The notes: a model not told the origin generated them from the sequence alone. A stretch of 64,000 bases of DNA from an uncultured Gammaproteobacteria bacterium (GCA_964414145.1 CAYPVH010000004.1:10849-74848), one strand, 5' to 3'; numbered from the stretch's first letter, positions 1 to 10,557 are shown. Numbers and translations are program-made.

Positions 1-1167
1 CGGTCGATACAAATATTAGTACCACAGGTTTGGGATGAAGATGGGACTGTATTTATACCAGAGTTTATAAACAAGGGATGGAAATTTCTGTTGGACCCGG
101 TTTATGGCTATTATATAACCATATCTAAAATTATTACGGCAGTGTCGCTTACAGTTTCGTTTGTTTATTATCCATTTTTTAGCACTGTTTTATCATGGTT
201 GTTTATAGTATCGGTAGGCCTAGCTATAGCACTAAGTCCTACAAGTTTAAAAGGTAAGTATCTTTGTGCCATGCTAGTATTTTTAATACCATCTGATCCA
301 GAAGTATTTGGGTTACCGTTATATACATTTTGGTGGTCAGCATTACTTTTGTTTTTACTATTGTTTTGGAGTAAAAAAAGAAAAGATCTACTAATTCGCC
401 TTCTATACTTATTTGTTGGTGGCCTATCATCTACAATCATTATAATAGTGTCACCTATTTTATTTTTAAGAGCCCTAATTTATAGAAAAAAAACAGAGGT
501 TTATATAGCTATTGTCGCAGCAATTATTTTATTAATACAATTAAGTGCTACGATAGGATTTGTTACGAAAAGTTATACTTCTTTAACTAAAATTGCTTAC
601 TACATTGTACCGAATTATTTTGGTAATTTTGTTCTTGGTAATTTGTATAGTTCATGGTTTTTACTGGTTCACTTTGGAGTACTAATTCTGTATTTTATTT
701 TAAAATATTTATACAAAAACTATAGAAACATAAACCTGTGGATTTTGCTATACCTGTTATTTACTATAATTATCGTTACAGCAGTTCGTACTGATATAGC
801 TGGTATTAATCCAAAGAATGTTGGACCAAGATATTTCTTTTATCCATTTATAATACTTTATTGGATACTCGTTCAGCTTTTTTATAATAGTAAGAAAGTA
901 AAAGAAAAACTTTATGCTTTAGCCTTTATTGTTCTTGCTTTACTTAACTTTATTCCTGTTGTAGACAGGGAAAAAACAGACAATCTATATTGGAAGTACA
1001 ACGTTTATAAGTGTACTTATAATAAGCAGTATAATATACCTATACAATATGATGGAAACGAGTATTCAGCTTGGTCGCTTAATTTGCCAGGTAATAAATG
1101 TAAGGAATTAATAAGTAAAGATTTGTTTAATAAAACTGTTATAAAACTGAAAAATAATGAGAAGTAA
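1..1167 (+). CDS. polytopic membrane protein of the glycan locus, 5'-truncated by the window edge
   Basis: The frame of the 91..1167 ORF is open from nt 1 (RSIQILVPQVWDEDGTVFIPEFINKGWKFL precedes the listed TTG), so the true start lies upstream. Many hydrophobic spans. It sits next to GT and methyltransferase genes. Confidence 0.5.
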   Translation, partial: RSIQILVPQVWDEDGTVFIPEFINKGWKFLLDPVYGYYITISKIITAVSLTVSFVYYPFFSTVLSWLFIVSVGLAIALSPTSLKGKYLCAMLVFLIPSDPEVFGLPLYTFWWSALLLFLLLFWSKKRKDLLIRLLYLFVGGLSSTIIIIVSPILFLRALIYRKKTEVYIAIVAAIILLIQLSATIGFVTKSYTSLTKIAYYIVPNYFGNFVLGNLYSSWFLLVHFGVLILYFILKYLYKNYRNINLWILLYLLFTIIIVTAVRTDIAGINPKNVGPRYFFYPFIILYWILVQLFYNSKKVKEKLYALAFIVLALLNFIPVVDREKTDNLYWKYNVYKCTYNKQYNIPIQYDGNEYSAWSLNLPGNKCKELISKDLFNKTVIKLKNNEK

Positions 1168-1804
1168 AATTATTGAATTAATATATAAAAATAGATTTAT
1201 AAATCAACAAGAAAGAGATGCTATGTGGAAAGTAATTATAAATAGTTACTTAAATAAATACTTTGATCGGAAAGATTCGGTAATGGAAATAGCATGTGGT
1301 TATGGTGAGTTTATAAATAATATTAAGTGTAAGAAGAAATACGCACTTGACCTAAATAAACAAGTAAAAAATAAATTAAACAAAGATGTGTTGTTTTATC
1401 TATCCTCTGCAACAAAAATCCCGCAAAAAATAAAGAATTTAGATAAAGTATTTATAAGTAATTTTTTTGAGCATATAACAAGGAAAGAAATTATTGAAGT
1501 TATTAAAGAAATAAAACGAGTATTAAAAACAGGTGGTGAAGTTGTTGTTTTACAACCTAATTACAGATTTTGTGCAAAAGATTATTGGATGTTTTTTGAT
1601 CATATAACACCTATTGACGACAGGGCACTTATAGAAGTCTTTTTAGCTAATGGTTTTAAATGCAGGTTGAACATTGAAAAGTTTTTGCCTTATACTACAA
1701 ATAGTAAATTACCACAAAGCAGTATATTTATTAAGATATACTTAAAGCTTCCATTTTTGTGGAAAGTCTTTGGCAAACAAAGTTTGTTGATTTTTGAAAA
1801 ATGA
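1157..1804 (+). CDS. class I SAM-dependent methyltransferase
   Basis: Motif I VMEIACGYGEF and a post-I/II layout (VFISNFFEHI, LKTGGEVVV). Overlaps its neighbours by 11 nt and 4 nt, consistent with an operon. Confidence 0.75.
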   Translation: MRSKIIELIYKNRFINQQERDAMWKVIINSYLNKYFDRKDSVMEIACGYGEFINNIKCKKKYALDLNKQVKNKLNKDVLFYLSSATKIPQKIKNLDKVFISNFFEHITRKEIIEVIKEIKRVLKTGGEVVVLQPNYRFCAKDYWMFFDHITPIDDRALIEVFLANGFKCRLNIEKFLPYTTNSKLPQSSIFIKIYLKLPFLWKVFGKQSLLIFEK

Positions 1805-2499
1805 AAATATCAATAATTGTACCGGTCTATCACGAAGAGAAAAACATATTAAATGTTTTTAAACAAATTAAGAAGCTTGTAAAGACAGAACACGAACTAT
1901 TGGTAGTTTATGATTCTAAAGAAGACCCTACTTACCCAGTAATGAACATGTATTTATCTAAAAAAAGGTTGAATAATATTAAATTGGTAGAAAATTGTAG
2001 TGGAAATAAAAAGGGTGTGATGAATGCTATAAAAACAGGATTTAGAAAAGCTAAAGGTGACGCAGTAGTAGTTTTAATGGCGGACCTGTCAGATGACATT
2101 ACGCAAATTGATGAAATGAAAAAACTGATAGATACTGGGTATGATATTGTTTGTGCTTCGCGCTATATGAAGGGTGGAAAAAAAATTGGTGGGCCATTTA
2201 TTAAGTCTTTATTATCTAAGACTGCGGGACTTACATTGCATTGGTTTTTTGGTGTACCAACACATGACTCAACAAATGCTTTTAAAATGTATAAGAAAAA
2301 GGTACTGAATTCAATAAAAGTTGAAAGTACAGGTGGTTTTGAATATTCTTTAGAAATTGTTTTAAAGGCATTCAAAAAAGGCTATAGAATAACAGAAATA
2401 CCAACAGTTTGGACAGATAGAGTTAATGGTAAATCAAATTTTAAACTAATGAAATGGTTACCCAATTATATTAGCTGGTACACATCTATATTTAAGTAG
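1801..2499 (+). CDS. family 2 glycosyltransferase (polyprenyl-phosphate sugar synthase-like)
   Basis: N-terminal ISIIVPVYHEEKNI and MADLSDD (a DXD-like motif). Size and layout resemble Dpm1/GtrB-type GT2 enzymes. Confidence 0.8.
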   Translation: MKISIIVPVYHEEKNILNVFKQIKKLVKTEHELLVVYDSKEDPTYPVMNMYLSKKRLNNIKLVENCSGNKKGVMNAIKTGFRKAKGDAVVVLMADLSDDITQIDEMKKLIDTGYDIVCASRYMKGGKKIGGPFIKSLLSKTAGLTLHWFFGVPTHDSTNAFKMYKKKVLNSIKVESTGGFEYSLEIVLKAFKKGYRITEIPTVWTDRVNGKSNFKLMKWLPNYISWYTSIFK

Positions 2500-2504
2500 T
2501 CTTT

Positions 2505-4046
2505 TTATTTAGAATAAATTTCAAAATCGTTAATTACTACTGGTTTAAGATTGAGATTATAGAAGCGCGCTCTTTCTTTAATAAATTTATTTTTTAAAGG
2601 GAAACCGGCTTTGTATACTGCCATAAGTTTCATACTATTTTTTTCGATATTATTAATTGATTTTGAAATGCTGGGATCGGTTTCTGTTGAACTACCGCGT
2701 ATCATTATGGCTTTTCTTTCTGAGTAATAAGGGAGTGTTGAATCCCAGTCGTAGCCATATACAAGTATAATGTCAGTATCATTAGTTTTTGATTTAATGT
2801 AACTGGACGCTTCCCTAATATTATTGTTATTACTCATTTGAATAGGAAGATAGTAACTAAAATAGCGAAGATAAAAATTTGTAAAAATTAATGACGCAAA
2901 GAAAAATGAAAGAAAAACTAAGTTAGTTTTTTTGCTTTCAATTAGGCTAATAATTGCAAATCCCAATGCAGCTAATAAAAAAATAACATTAGCATAATAG
3001 TAATAGTGATGCACAAAATAAAGATTGGTAAATATAAGTGGGCCAATAAAATAAGCAAATATTAATACTAATATGTGTTTGTAATACTTCATTCTTAAAA
3101 TAATTGGTATAGAAACAATAAGTAAGAGTAGTATTGTTGTTAAAATATTAAAGCTGGTTAGATTATAAAGAGTATGAGAAAAAATTTGCTTCCAGGTAGA
3201 TAAAGATAATTTTTGACTAAGTGTTCCAAAGTTCCAGGCAAGTAACGCATTTGAAGTAATAAAATTTTCAGCGAGCGGGTTTAAATTCTTTACATTGTCT
3301 GCATATTTAGTCCACATGTATGAAATTGAAATTGGGATACCAAAGAGAAGAAGTCCGGAGAAGGCTTTATTAAGTACGTAACTATATTTAAATTGGTACT
3401 TTTTTAAAAAATCAAACAAGAACAAAAGCCCAGCTAAAATAAAGAAAGGAACAAATGTAGTTGTTTTTGTTAAACCGGCCAATATTCCAGAAACTATTCC
3501 TAGAAATAAAAACAGTTTTACTGATTTTATTTGAAAATATAAAACATATAAAAGAAATAATAGTGAAAAGAATAATGCCGTTGATTCAATCATAAATGAC
3601 CGAGACCAAAAAATATAAACAGGACTTGCAAGAATAATACTTAATAAAATAAGTATGTTAATTTTTTTTTTAATATATATTTTTAGAATTAAATACGATG
3701 GAATTAGGGATAAATAAAAAAAGGCAATACTTACTAATCTACCGGCTGTATCGAGGTTAATTTTAGTAATAATAGTGACTATAGCAACAAGCCATTGGTA
3801 TATTGGGAATTCCATAGGAATAGACCAGGGTGCACCCAAAACCGGTGTAATATAATTTAGTTTAATACCTTCTTTAACTAAATAAAATGTAGAGATGGCA
3901 GTTTGATTTTGTCGAAAACCATACATATTATTAAGATCGTTACCAATTCCTAGGAACGAAAAAATAAGATGAATTAAGAGAGTAATGAAAAAAATTGAGA
4001 CTATATATAAACTAATATTTTTTCTTTTTAGAATATTTTTAAACAT
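2505..4046 (-). CDS. GT-C type membrane glycosyltransferase (ArnT/PMT-like)
   Basis: 513 aa. More than 10 hydrophobic spans are followed by a soluble C-terminal domain. Paired with a polyprenyl-P sugar synthase-like GT2. Confidence 0.5.
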   Translation of the reverse strand: MFKNILKRKNISLYIVSIFFITLLIHLIFSFLGIGNDLNNMYGFRQNQTAISTFYLVKEGIKLNYITPVLGAPWSIPMEFPIYQWLVAIVTIITKINLDTAGRLVSIAFFYLSLIPSYLILKIYIKKKINILILLSIILASPVYIFWSRSFMIESTALFFSLLFLLYVLYFQIKSVKLFLFLGIVSGILAGLTKTTTFVPFFILAGLLFLFDFLKKYQFKYSYVLNKAFSGLLLFGIPISISYMWTKYADNVKNLNPLAENFITSNALLAWNFGTLSQKLSLSTWKQIFSHTLYNLTSFNILTTILLLLIVSIPIILRMKYYKHILVLIFAYFIGPLIFTNLYFVHHYYYYANVIFLLAALGFAIISLIESKKTNLVFLSFFFASLIFTNFYLRYFSYYLPIQMSNNNNIREASSYIKSKTNDTDIILVYGYDWDSTLPYYSERKAIMIRGSSTETDPSISKSINNIEKNSMKLMAVYKAGFPLKNKFIKERARFYNLNLKPVVINDFEIYSK

Positions 4047-4051
4047 CTTAA

Positions 4052-4972
4052 TTATTTTGAATAAGTAAGCCTTAAACCCTTTGTTATATTAATTTTAGGA
4101 CTCCAGTTAAATTCATTTTTAAAACGAGATATATCTAGAACAACAGACTTGGCGTCTATTGGCCTGATATCTTTAAAACTCGGATCTAATTTTGTTTTAG
4201 ATATTTCTTTTAATATTTTCCATATCTTTGCAATACTAGTCCCCTCCCCTGTTCCTAAATTATAAGTATTAAACTTTGTGTTTTTTGGAAAAGACAATGT
4301 AATTGCTTTTACTAAGTCGTCTATATATATAAAGTCGCGTATCAGCTTTCCATTACCATATAGAATGGGCTTGGTTTTATTTTTTATGTTATTGATTAAT
4401 GAAGGAATTAAGCCAAAGCCTTCTTTTTGTTTTTGCCCCGGACCATATGGATTACTTATTCTATATACAAGATAAGGTACTTGATATATTTTATAAAAGT
4501 AATGTAGGTAGTATTCTATTGCAATCTTTGTAATAGCGTGGGGTGAGTGTGGTTGTATATGTTCACTTTCAGAAATATATTCACTGTTGTTTATACCATA
4601 AATACCACCCCCAGACGATGTATAAACAATTTTTTTTACGCCTATCTTATTTAAGACTTCAATTAACTTTATTTGTGAAACAAGATGATTGTTTATTTCT
4701 TGTAATGGGTTTTGCATTGACGAGTAAGGAACAGATGAAGTTGTTAGGTTAATTACAATACAGTTATTATCAATATTCTTTTTAAGTATATTTACATTTG
4801 ATATATCGCCTTCAAAAACTTCTACATTATTATTAAAAATTTTTGAAATATTTTTCTTAGTTTTTATATTACGAACAAGTATTTTAATGTTGCAATTGCC
4901 GACCTTCGCTATTTCTTTAAGTAAATTAGAGCCAATAAATCCGGTTGCGCCGAGAATTACCACGGTTGTCAT
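4052..4972 (-). CDS. NAD-dependent sugar epimerase/dehydratase (extended SDR)
   Basis: GATGFIGSNL Rossmann motif, YTSSGG, and RISNPYGPGQ. The YxxxK position reads HAITK (see findings). Confidence 0.8.
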   Translation of the reverse strand: MTTVVILGATGFIGSNLLKEIAKVGNCNIKILVRNIKTKKNISKIFNNNVEVFEGDISNVNILKKNIDNNCIVINLTTSSVPYSSMQNPLQEINNHLVSQIKLIEVLNKIGVKKIVYTSSGGGIYGINNSEYISESEHIQPHSPHAITKIAIEYYLHYFYKIYQVPYLVYRISNPYGPGQKQKEGFGLIPSLINNIKNKTKPILYGNGKLIRDFIYIDDLVKAITLSFPKNTKFNTYNLGTGEGTSIAKIWKILKEISKTKLDPSFKDIRPIDAKSVVLDISRFKNEFNWSPKINITKGLRLTYSK

Positions 4973-6180
4973 TATTTGTTAAGTAATTGATAATAAAGTT
5001 GCTCGGTAGTGACGGCTTCATTTTCGATTGAATAAGGATAAAAGATATTATTTTTAAATTTAAGTTTGTCCTTATAAGCTTGCGTAAGTTGTTTAGCTAA
5101 TGAGTCAATATTACCAAATTCAAAAACATAACCATTAGTGCCATGGTTTACTAGTTCTTGTGAGCCGGTTGCGTTAGGAACAATAATTGGAACACCATAA
5201 GCAAGAGAAGCAACACAAACTAACGGGTATGTTTCGGCCCATAGTGAGGGTTGAACAACGATATCGGCTTCTTGGTGAATCTTTGCCGTTTGATCTATTG
5301 TATATGTACCGGGAAAAATTATTCGCTTATCCTTACCCTTTAATTTTAATAAAAAATTCATGTAGCTATTATCACCGTAAGACGATCCATAAACCTTTAA
5401 TTTTAATCTTGGTTGTTTAAGTTTCTTAAAAGCCTGAATTAATATATGTGCACCTTTGTGGGGTAATAATGAGCCGGTAGATATAATAGTAAAATCTTTC
5501 TTCTTTTTATTTGCTAGAGGTGAAAATTTGTTAAAGTAATTAAATCCGTGCCTTATTAAGGCGAGTTTTGACATATCGTATCCATTAAATTTGAACAGAT
5601 CTGCAAGATAATTTGCTGAGGCGACTAAGGCATCGGCATTTTTAATAATACTTTGTGATTCTTTAACACGTTCTTGTATGCGTGATAATAAAAGATTACG
5701 ATAACAAAACTTTTTACAATTTAAACCATTGTCTGAGGAGACACAAGGAGCATTGTTATTCCTAACCAATAAACCTTTTGGACACATTAACCAATAATCA
5801 GTTAAAGTAATTACTGTTTTGATATTTTTCTTTTTTGCTTCCCAGAAGGCAGAAGCCATTCTCATGGGATGAGCAATATGAAAAAGATCTGGTTTTTCTT
5901 TTTTGAATAGATCTGAAAAATATTTACTTATACATGAGTTACTTAATTCAAATGAAATCGAACTCTCATTTGAACATTTAACATATGTTACTTGTAAATT
6001 TTTATATATATAATCACTTTGAATCAATTCTTGTTGCTGAGATATGTTTGCTGGATTGTATGTAATGATATGGATTTCGTGGCCGAGTTTTTGCATCATG
6101 GTTGCAAGATTGTAAAGATATAGTTCTGTACCTGTATAGTAATTTGGAAAAAATTGATGAATTGAATAAGTTATTTTCAT
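4972..6180 (-). CDS. GT4 (GT-B fold) glycosyltransferase
   Basis: C-terminal EX7E-type region: AETYPLVCVASLAYGVPIIVPNATGSQELVNHGTNGYVF. Confidence 0.8.
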   Translation of the reverse strand: MKITYSIHQFFPNYYTGTELYLYNLATMMQKLGHEIHIITYNPANISQQQELIQSDYIYKNLQVTYVKCSNESSISFELSNSCISKYFSDLFKKEKPDLFHIAHPMRMASAFWEAKKKNIKTVITLTDYWLMCPKGLLVRNNNAPCVSSDNGLNCKKFCYRNLLLSRIQERVKESQSIIKNADALVASANYLADLFKFNGYDMSKLALIRHGFNYFNKFSPLANKKKKDFTIISTGSLLPHKGAHILIQAFKKLKQPRLKLKVYGSSYGDNSYMNFLLKLKGKDKRIIFPGTYTIDQTAKIHQEADIVVQPSLWAETYPLVCVASLAYGVPIIVPNATGSQELVNHGTNGYVFEFGNIDSLAKQLTQAYKDKLKFKNNIFYPYSIENEAVTTEQLYYQLLNK

Positions 6181-7709
6181 ATATTGTTTTTCAAAAAAAG
6201 ATTAACCCCGTTTATATTATCATTGATTTTATCTTGTGATAGATAATATTGAGACAAGTGGTTGCTGGCAAACAATGCAAATAACTTATCAACAAGAATA
6301 TATTGTTGTTTTGGTTCTAGAAGTGATATTTTCCACCTACTATTTATATCTGTTAAGATATTTAAAATAAAGCTATCAAAATTTTTATGTAGACTTAAAT
6401 ATAGATCTGTATTTAATTTGCCAGTATTATTATTTAATAAATCACTAAGTAAGCGCACAGAAGAGAAGGTATAATTTAGTAACTTGTGATTTGAATTAGT
6501 TAATATAAGGAAGGGATTAGAATAATTACCTGAATTAATTTTGTTTTCAATTTCTTTTCCAGCCTTTAATAAATTGTAAATAATAGTATAAATATCTACT
6601 TTACTATGATGGTAATTTACTTTTTCATTAAATACTTTATTTAGAAATATATTATCAACATAGTACCGTTTTAATAATTGATCTGCTGAGCGATTATGAG
6701 AATGAATAACGCCATTTGAGTAGATATAACCAAGCCTATGACCGCCTTCAATTAATCTTTTACCCAGTTCTAGGTCTTCGCCGTAGGTATATTTTTCGTT
6801 ATATCCGTTAGAATTTATAAAAAGCTCTTTTTCAAAAACGGCGTAAACATCATCAATAGTACAATAAGCTCGTTTTATATTACTTTTCATTTTTTTAAAA
6901 ACACTTGGTTCTATTTTAATAACCTGATCAGAACTATTTGGAGATATCATATGGCTAAAATTATAAATTTGCCAACATGCAAATACATCTGCGTCAAATC
7001 GTGGTGTTTGCTTTGCTGAAGCCGCTTTTATTTTATTAATTTTTAAGTAATTAATAGTATCGTTTATAGTAATATTATTTAGCATGAAAGCGTCTTGAAC
7101 TGTAAATATTAAGTATTTACCAGATGCCTTGCTGGCCCCAAGGTTACGAGCCGTAGAATGACTAAATGTATTTTTATTAATCTTTACAATTTTTGCATCA
7201 TACTTAGTTGCTATTTTAAGTGTGTTATCTTGTGAGCCAGAATCTATAATAATAATCTCGAGGTTCTTAACATTTTTTTGGTTTACGATTTTCTTTAAAA
7301 CAATATCGAAAGTTGGTCCAGCATTATATGTAGGAATTACTACTGATACTGAATCATTTATTATTGTTCTTTCTTTATCCTTGGCTGTATAACTTTTAGT
7401 ATAACTACGATGTTTGTTATAAATACTAAATTTTTTTACTTCGTTTTTTTGTGAGATTCCGAATTTTTGAATAAATTTTTTTATATTATATTTATATTCA
7501 AAAGGTAGAAGATCTGTTATATAGCCTAAATTGAATAGGCTTTTTTTTATTGAATTAACGTTTTGCCAAAAGTTATATGCTTTTGCATTTGTTATTAAAA
7601 CAAACTGTTTTTTTAAATTATGTTTATGTTTTTTTAGAATATCAAGATTAGTTTGTAGCTCGTTTTTTAAACTATTATCTGAGTTAGTAAAGTCCAGTAG
7701 ATTTTTCAT
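6177..7709 (-). CDS. family 2 glycosyltransferase with an N-terminal coiled-coil-like extension
   Basis: VSVVIPTYNAG, IIIIDSGSQDNT and YGEDLELG. About 110 aa of charged helical sequence lie at the N-terminus. Confidence 0.75.
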   Translation of the reverse strand: MKNLLDFTNSDNSLKNELQTNLDILKKHKHNLKKQFVLITNAKAYNFWQNVNSIKKSLFNLGYITDLLPFEYKYNIKKFIQKFGISQKNEVKKFSIYNKHRSYTKSYTAKDKERTIINDSVSVVIPTYNAGPTFDIVLKKIVNQKNVKNLEIIIIDSGSQDNTLKIATKYDAKIVKINKNTFSHSTARNLGASKASGKYLIFTVQDAFMLNNITINDTINYLKINKIKAASAKQTPRFDADVFACWQIYNFSHMISPNSSDQVIKIEPSVFKKMKSNIKRAYCTIDDVYAVFEKELFINSNGYNEKYTYGEDLELGKRLIEGGHRLGYIYSNGVIHSHNRSADQLLKRYYVDNIFLNKVFNEKVNYHHSKVDIYTIIYNLLKAGKEIENKINSGNYSNPFLILTNSNHKLLNYTFSSVRLLSDLLNNNTGKLNTDLYLSLHKNFDSFILNILTDINSRWKISLLEPKQQYILVDKLFALFASNHLSQYYLSQDKINDNINGVNLFLKNNI

Positions 7710-7710
7710 A

Positions 7711-10368
7711 TTATTTGCCTATTATAAGTTTTCTAATTCTACAATAAGCTTGCCAAAGCTTAAAAAATTTTGCCGACTTAATTTTATTTAGCTGGCTTTC
7801 AAATATTGCTATTTCTTGCTTTTCTATTTCAAGAGCTTCATTTAGTTCTTGTATTTCTGCTATTTCTTTTTTTATACTATTCAGTTCATTTTTTGCTTTT
7901 AAAAGCTGTTTTTCGAGATTTGATTTAGATTTATTATTAGTATTTTCAATTTTATGTAAACTAGACTTATCATTTACGGTTTTAATTAGCGTAGTAAAGA
8001 ATGATTCTGAAATTAGTTTAAAAGGACTTGTATTTATATAATTATTTTTAGCAGAACTTATTACATTCAATATTTTTTTACCATAATTTTCTTTGCTAAT
8101 AATTTTTGTTATGGATTGATAGGCATTACTGCCAAATTTAGCAATATGTTTTTTATTCTTTAAAAAATATTCAATTTTACTACTTAGTTCCTCAATGTTG
8201 CCAGGCGTATATAAAAAGCCGTTTTTACCTTCTTCAATTAGTTCTGGAGTACCACCGCTATTAGTACCAATTACCGGTTTTTTAAGTAGCATTGCTTCGG
8301 CGGTTACCCTACCGAAAGCTTCGTTTTTTGAACAAGTCAAAACAATATCTGCAGAATCAATTAGTGGATAAGGGTTATTAATAAATGGGTGTATGACTAC
8401 CCTATTATTAAGGCTATTGTCTTCTACATATTTTATAAGTTTGTTTGCGTATTCTTTGTTTTCGAATTGTCCAACTATTGCTAGTTCTACTTTGTAACCT
8501 TTCTTAATTAAGTTGTCTGTGGCAAGTAATGCGTCTAGTTGGCCTTTTGAAGGTATTATTGTGCCTAGAGTTAATAGTTTAGTACTGTTTTTAAGATTAA
8601 AAAATTTTGTTTGCAGTTTTTCTTTTACTTGTTCTTCCGGTATTTTTATGTAGTTATAAGCAACTGTAATTTTATTATCATCTATATGGTCTTTGTAGAA
8701 ATTTTTGATGGCTTGTGAATTAACAACAACCGCACTTGAAGTTTGATTAATAAATTTTTTAGTTTGTTCTTCACCCAAATCAAAATGCAAGCCATGATCT
8801 GATTTACCGTATTCCCTTAAGTGCCAAACATGGGGCTTGTTTAATATTTTGGCGGTAATTGCACCCCAAGGAATACTTGCGGTATTGGTGTAAATAACAT
8901 CTGGGTCTAGAGCAGACAATTGTGGAATTGCCTTTAAAAGGCTTGCTAATGATTGAGATAAGTTAGTTTTTTTACTGTTATATTTAATTCTTTCTAGTCT
9001 TGCCCACCAACCATAGTTAACGATAATAGTTTGTACCGATCTTTCTTTAAGCTCTTCAGAAAGTGGACCATTTGAAGGTAGAACAACAGTAATGAAGGCA
9101 TCTTTTTGTAGTAATTCATCTATTAATTCCAGTAAAGAACGTTCTGAACCAGCGAGCAGAGATGAATGTGAAAATAGAAGAATTTTTATTGGTTTTTTCG
9201 GAATACTTAAAATACTTTTTTTTGATTCAAGTGCTTCATTATTATTAATTGGTTTATTATTTTGAACAACGAAGTTATAAAGATTTATTATTTTTTTATT
9301 TATAATTTTATCATTAAAACGTGACATAACTAATTTTCTGGCATTAGCAGACATTATTTTATAAGTACTATTACTGGTATTTATTGCCTTAATAAGGTTT
9401 TTGTTTATTTGATAGATATGATCTTCGCTAGACAAGAAGCCGGTCTTATTATTTATTACTTCTTCAGGAATACCACTATGATAAGTACCAATTACAGGAA
9501 TACCGCAAGACTGAGCTTCAATAACTACGGTAGGTAAACCTTCAGCGTCACCATTTTTGGCTGTTTTACTTGCATGAATTAAAAAGTCTGTCTTTTTAAA
9601 TACTTCAATTATTTCTTTATGTGATATTGCATTTTCAATTTTTATTGAATTCTCTAAACTATATTTTTCGATTAATTTGTTTAAGTAATTTTCTTCTGGG
9701 CCTGAACCGTAAATTGTATATTCAAATTTAAGTTTGTTATTTTGACTTATGATTAAAGAAAGGGCTTTGATTGCAGAATCTATTCCCTTTTTTTCAACTA
9801 ATCTACAAATACTTGTAAACCGAGTTTTACTATTTTTTGACTTGTTTATTTTATAAAAGAATGATACATCTGCCGTTAAAGGAATAATCCAGATTTTTTC
9901 GGGTTTAATGCCTAAATAAATAAGTCGTTGTTTTAGTGCATCGCTAACGGCAATAAAGGAAATATTAGCCTGATTTAAATATTTATATTTATTTTTTTCT
10001 GAATTAGCCATTACGTCAAAGCCATAGCAAGATATGAGTACTGGTATTTTTAAATTAAGAGCGTTTAGTGCTTTTTCTACTGCAACACCAGAAGGGAGAA
10101 AATGACAGTGAATCAGGTCGGTGTTTTTATTAATTTGTTTTTTGAGTTCATCAGGTTCAAAGCTTGAGTTATGAATATTGTCGTGAAAGTATGCAACTTT
10201 TTTATCAAGATTATATTTTTTAACATCGGGTTGAATTACTTTTTGTTGTGGATTGTGATTAGCAAGTATATTTATTTTGTGCTTATTGTTGATAGCATTA
10301 ATGATTTGTTTAAGTATGAAAGTTTCTGAATATGCAGGAAAACTGGTTAAAACAAATGTGATTTTCAT
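7711..10368 (-). CDS. fused double GT4 glycosyltransferase with a C-terminal coiled coil
   Basis: Two separate GT4 signatures: GDAEGLPTVVIEAQSCGIPVIGTYHSGIPEEV and NEAFGRVTAEAMLLKKPVIGTNSGGTPELIEEGKNGFLY. The last ~90 aa form a heptad-like helix (LEKQLLKAKNELNSIKKEIAEIQELNEALEIEKQEIAIFESQLNKIK). Confidence 0.75.
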   Translation of the reverse strand: MKITFVLTSFPAYSETFILKQIINAINNKHKINILANHNPQQKVIQPDVKKYNLDKKVAYFHDNIHNSSFEPDELKKQINKNTDLIHCHFLPSGVAVEKALNALNLKIPVLISCYGFDVMANSEKNKYKYLNQANISFIAVSDALKQRLIYLGIKPEKIWIIPLTADVSFFYKINKSKNSKTRFTSICRLVEKKGIDSAIKALSLIISQNNKLKFEYTIYGSGPEENYLNKLIEKYSLENSIKIENAISHKEIIEVFKKTDFLIHASKTAKNGDAEGLPTVVIEAQSCGIPVIGTYHSGIPEEVINNKTGFLSSEDHIYQINKNLIKAINTSNSTYKIMSANARKLVMSRFNDKIINKKIINLYNFVVQNNKPINNNEALESKKSILSIPKKPIKILLFSHSSLLAGSERSLLELIDELLQKDAFITVVLPSNGPLSEELKERSVQTIIVNYGWWARLERIKYNSKKTNLSQSLASLLKAIPQLSALDPDVIYTNTASIPWGAITAKILNKPHVWHLREYGKSDHGLHFDLGEEQTKKFINQTSSAVVVNSQAIKNFYKDHIDDNKITVAYNYIKIPEEQVKEKLQTKFFNLKNSTKLLTLGTIIPSKGQLDALLATDNLIKKGYKVELAIVGQFENKEYANKLIKYVEDNSLNNRVVIHPFINNPYPLIDSADIVLTCSKNEAFGRVTAEAMLLKKPVIGTNSGGTPELIEEGKNGFLYTPGNIEELSSKIEYFLKNKKHIAKFGSNAYQSITKIISKENYGKKILNVISSAKNNYINTSPFKLISESFFTTLIKTVNDKSSLHKIENTNNKSKSNLEKQLLKAKNELNSIKKEIAEIQELNEALEIEKQEIAIFESQLNKIKSAKFFKLWQAYCRIRKLIIGK

Positions 10369-10557
10369 ACATGTAGTATTATAAATGTTTATAGCTTAAA
10401 ATAATAACTAATTATCATGAAAAACGTAGATAAATAGAAACTAAGTAAATATGAGTTTAAAAATGCAAAAGTCCTATATATTTATCTTTAATTGATTTCT
10501 TAATACAAATTAAAGTTAATAATAAAAACTTAATAATAACTATTAATAAAAAAGAAG

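Noticed and set aside
7711-10368. The 885-aa ORF as two mis-merged GT4 genes
   Set aside because: There is no in-frame stop or obvious frameshift junction between the two GT4 modules. A short linker (NNKPINNNEALESKKSILSIPKKPIKILLF) joins them, so I kept it as a genuine fusion pending read verification.
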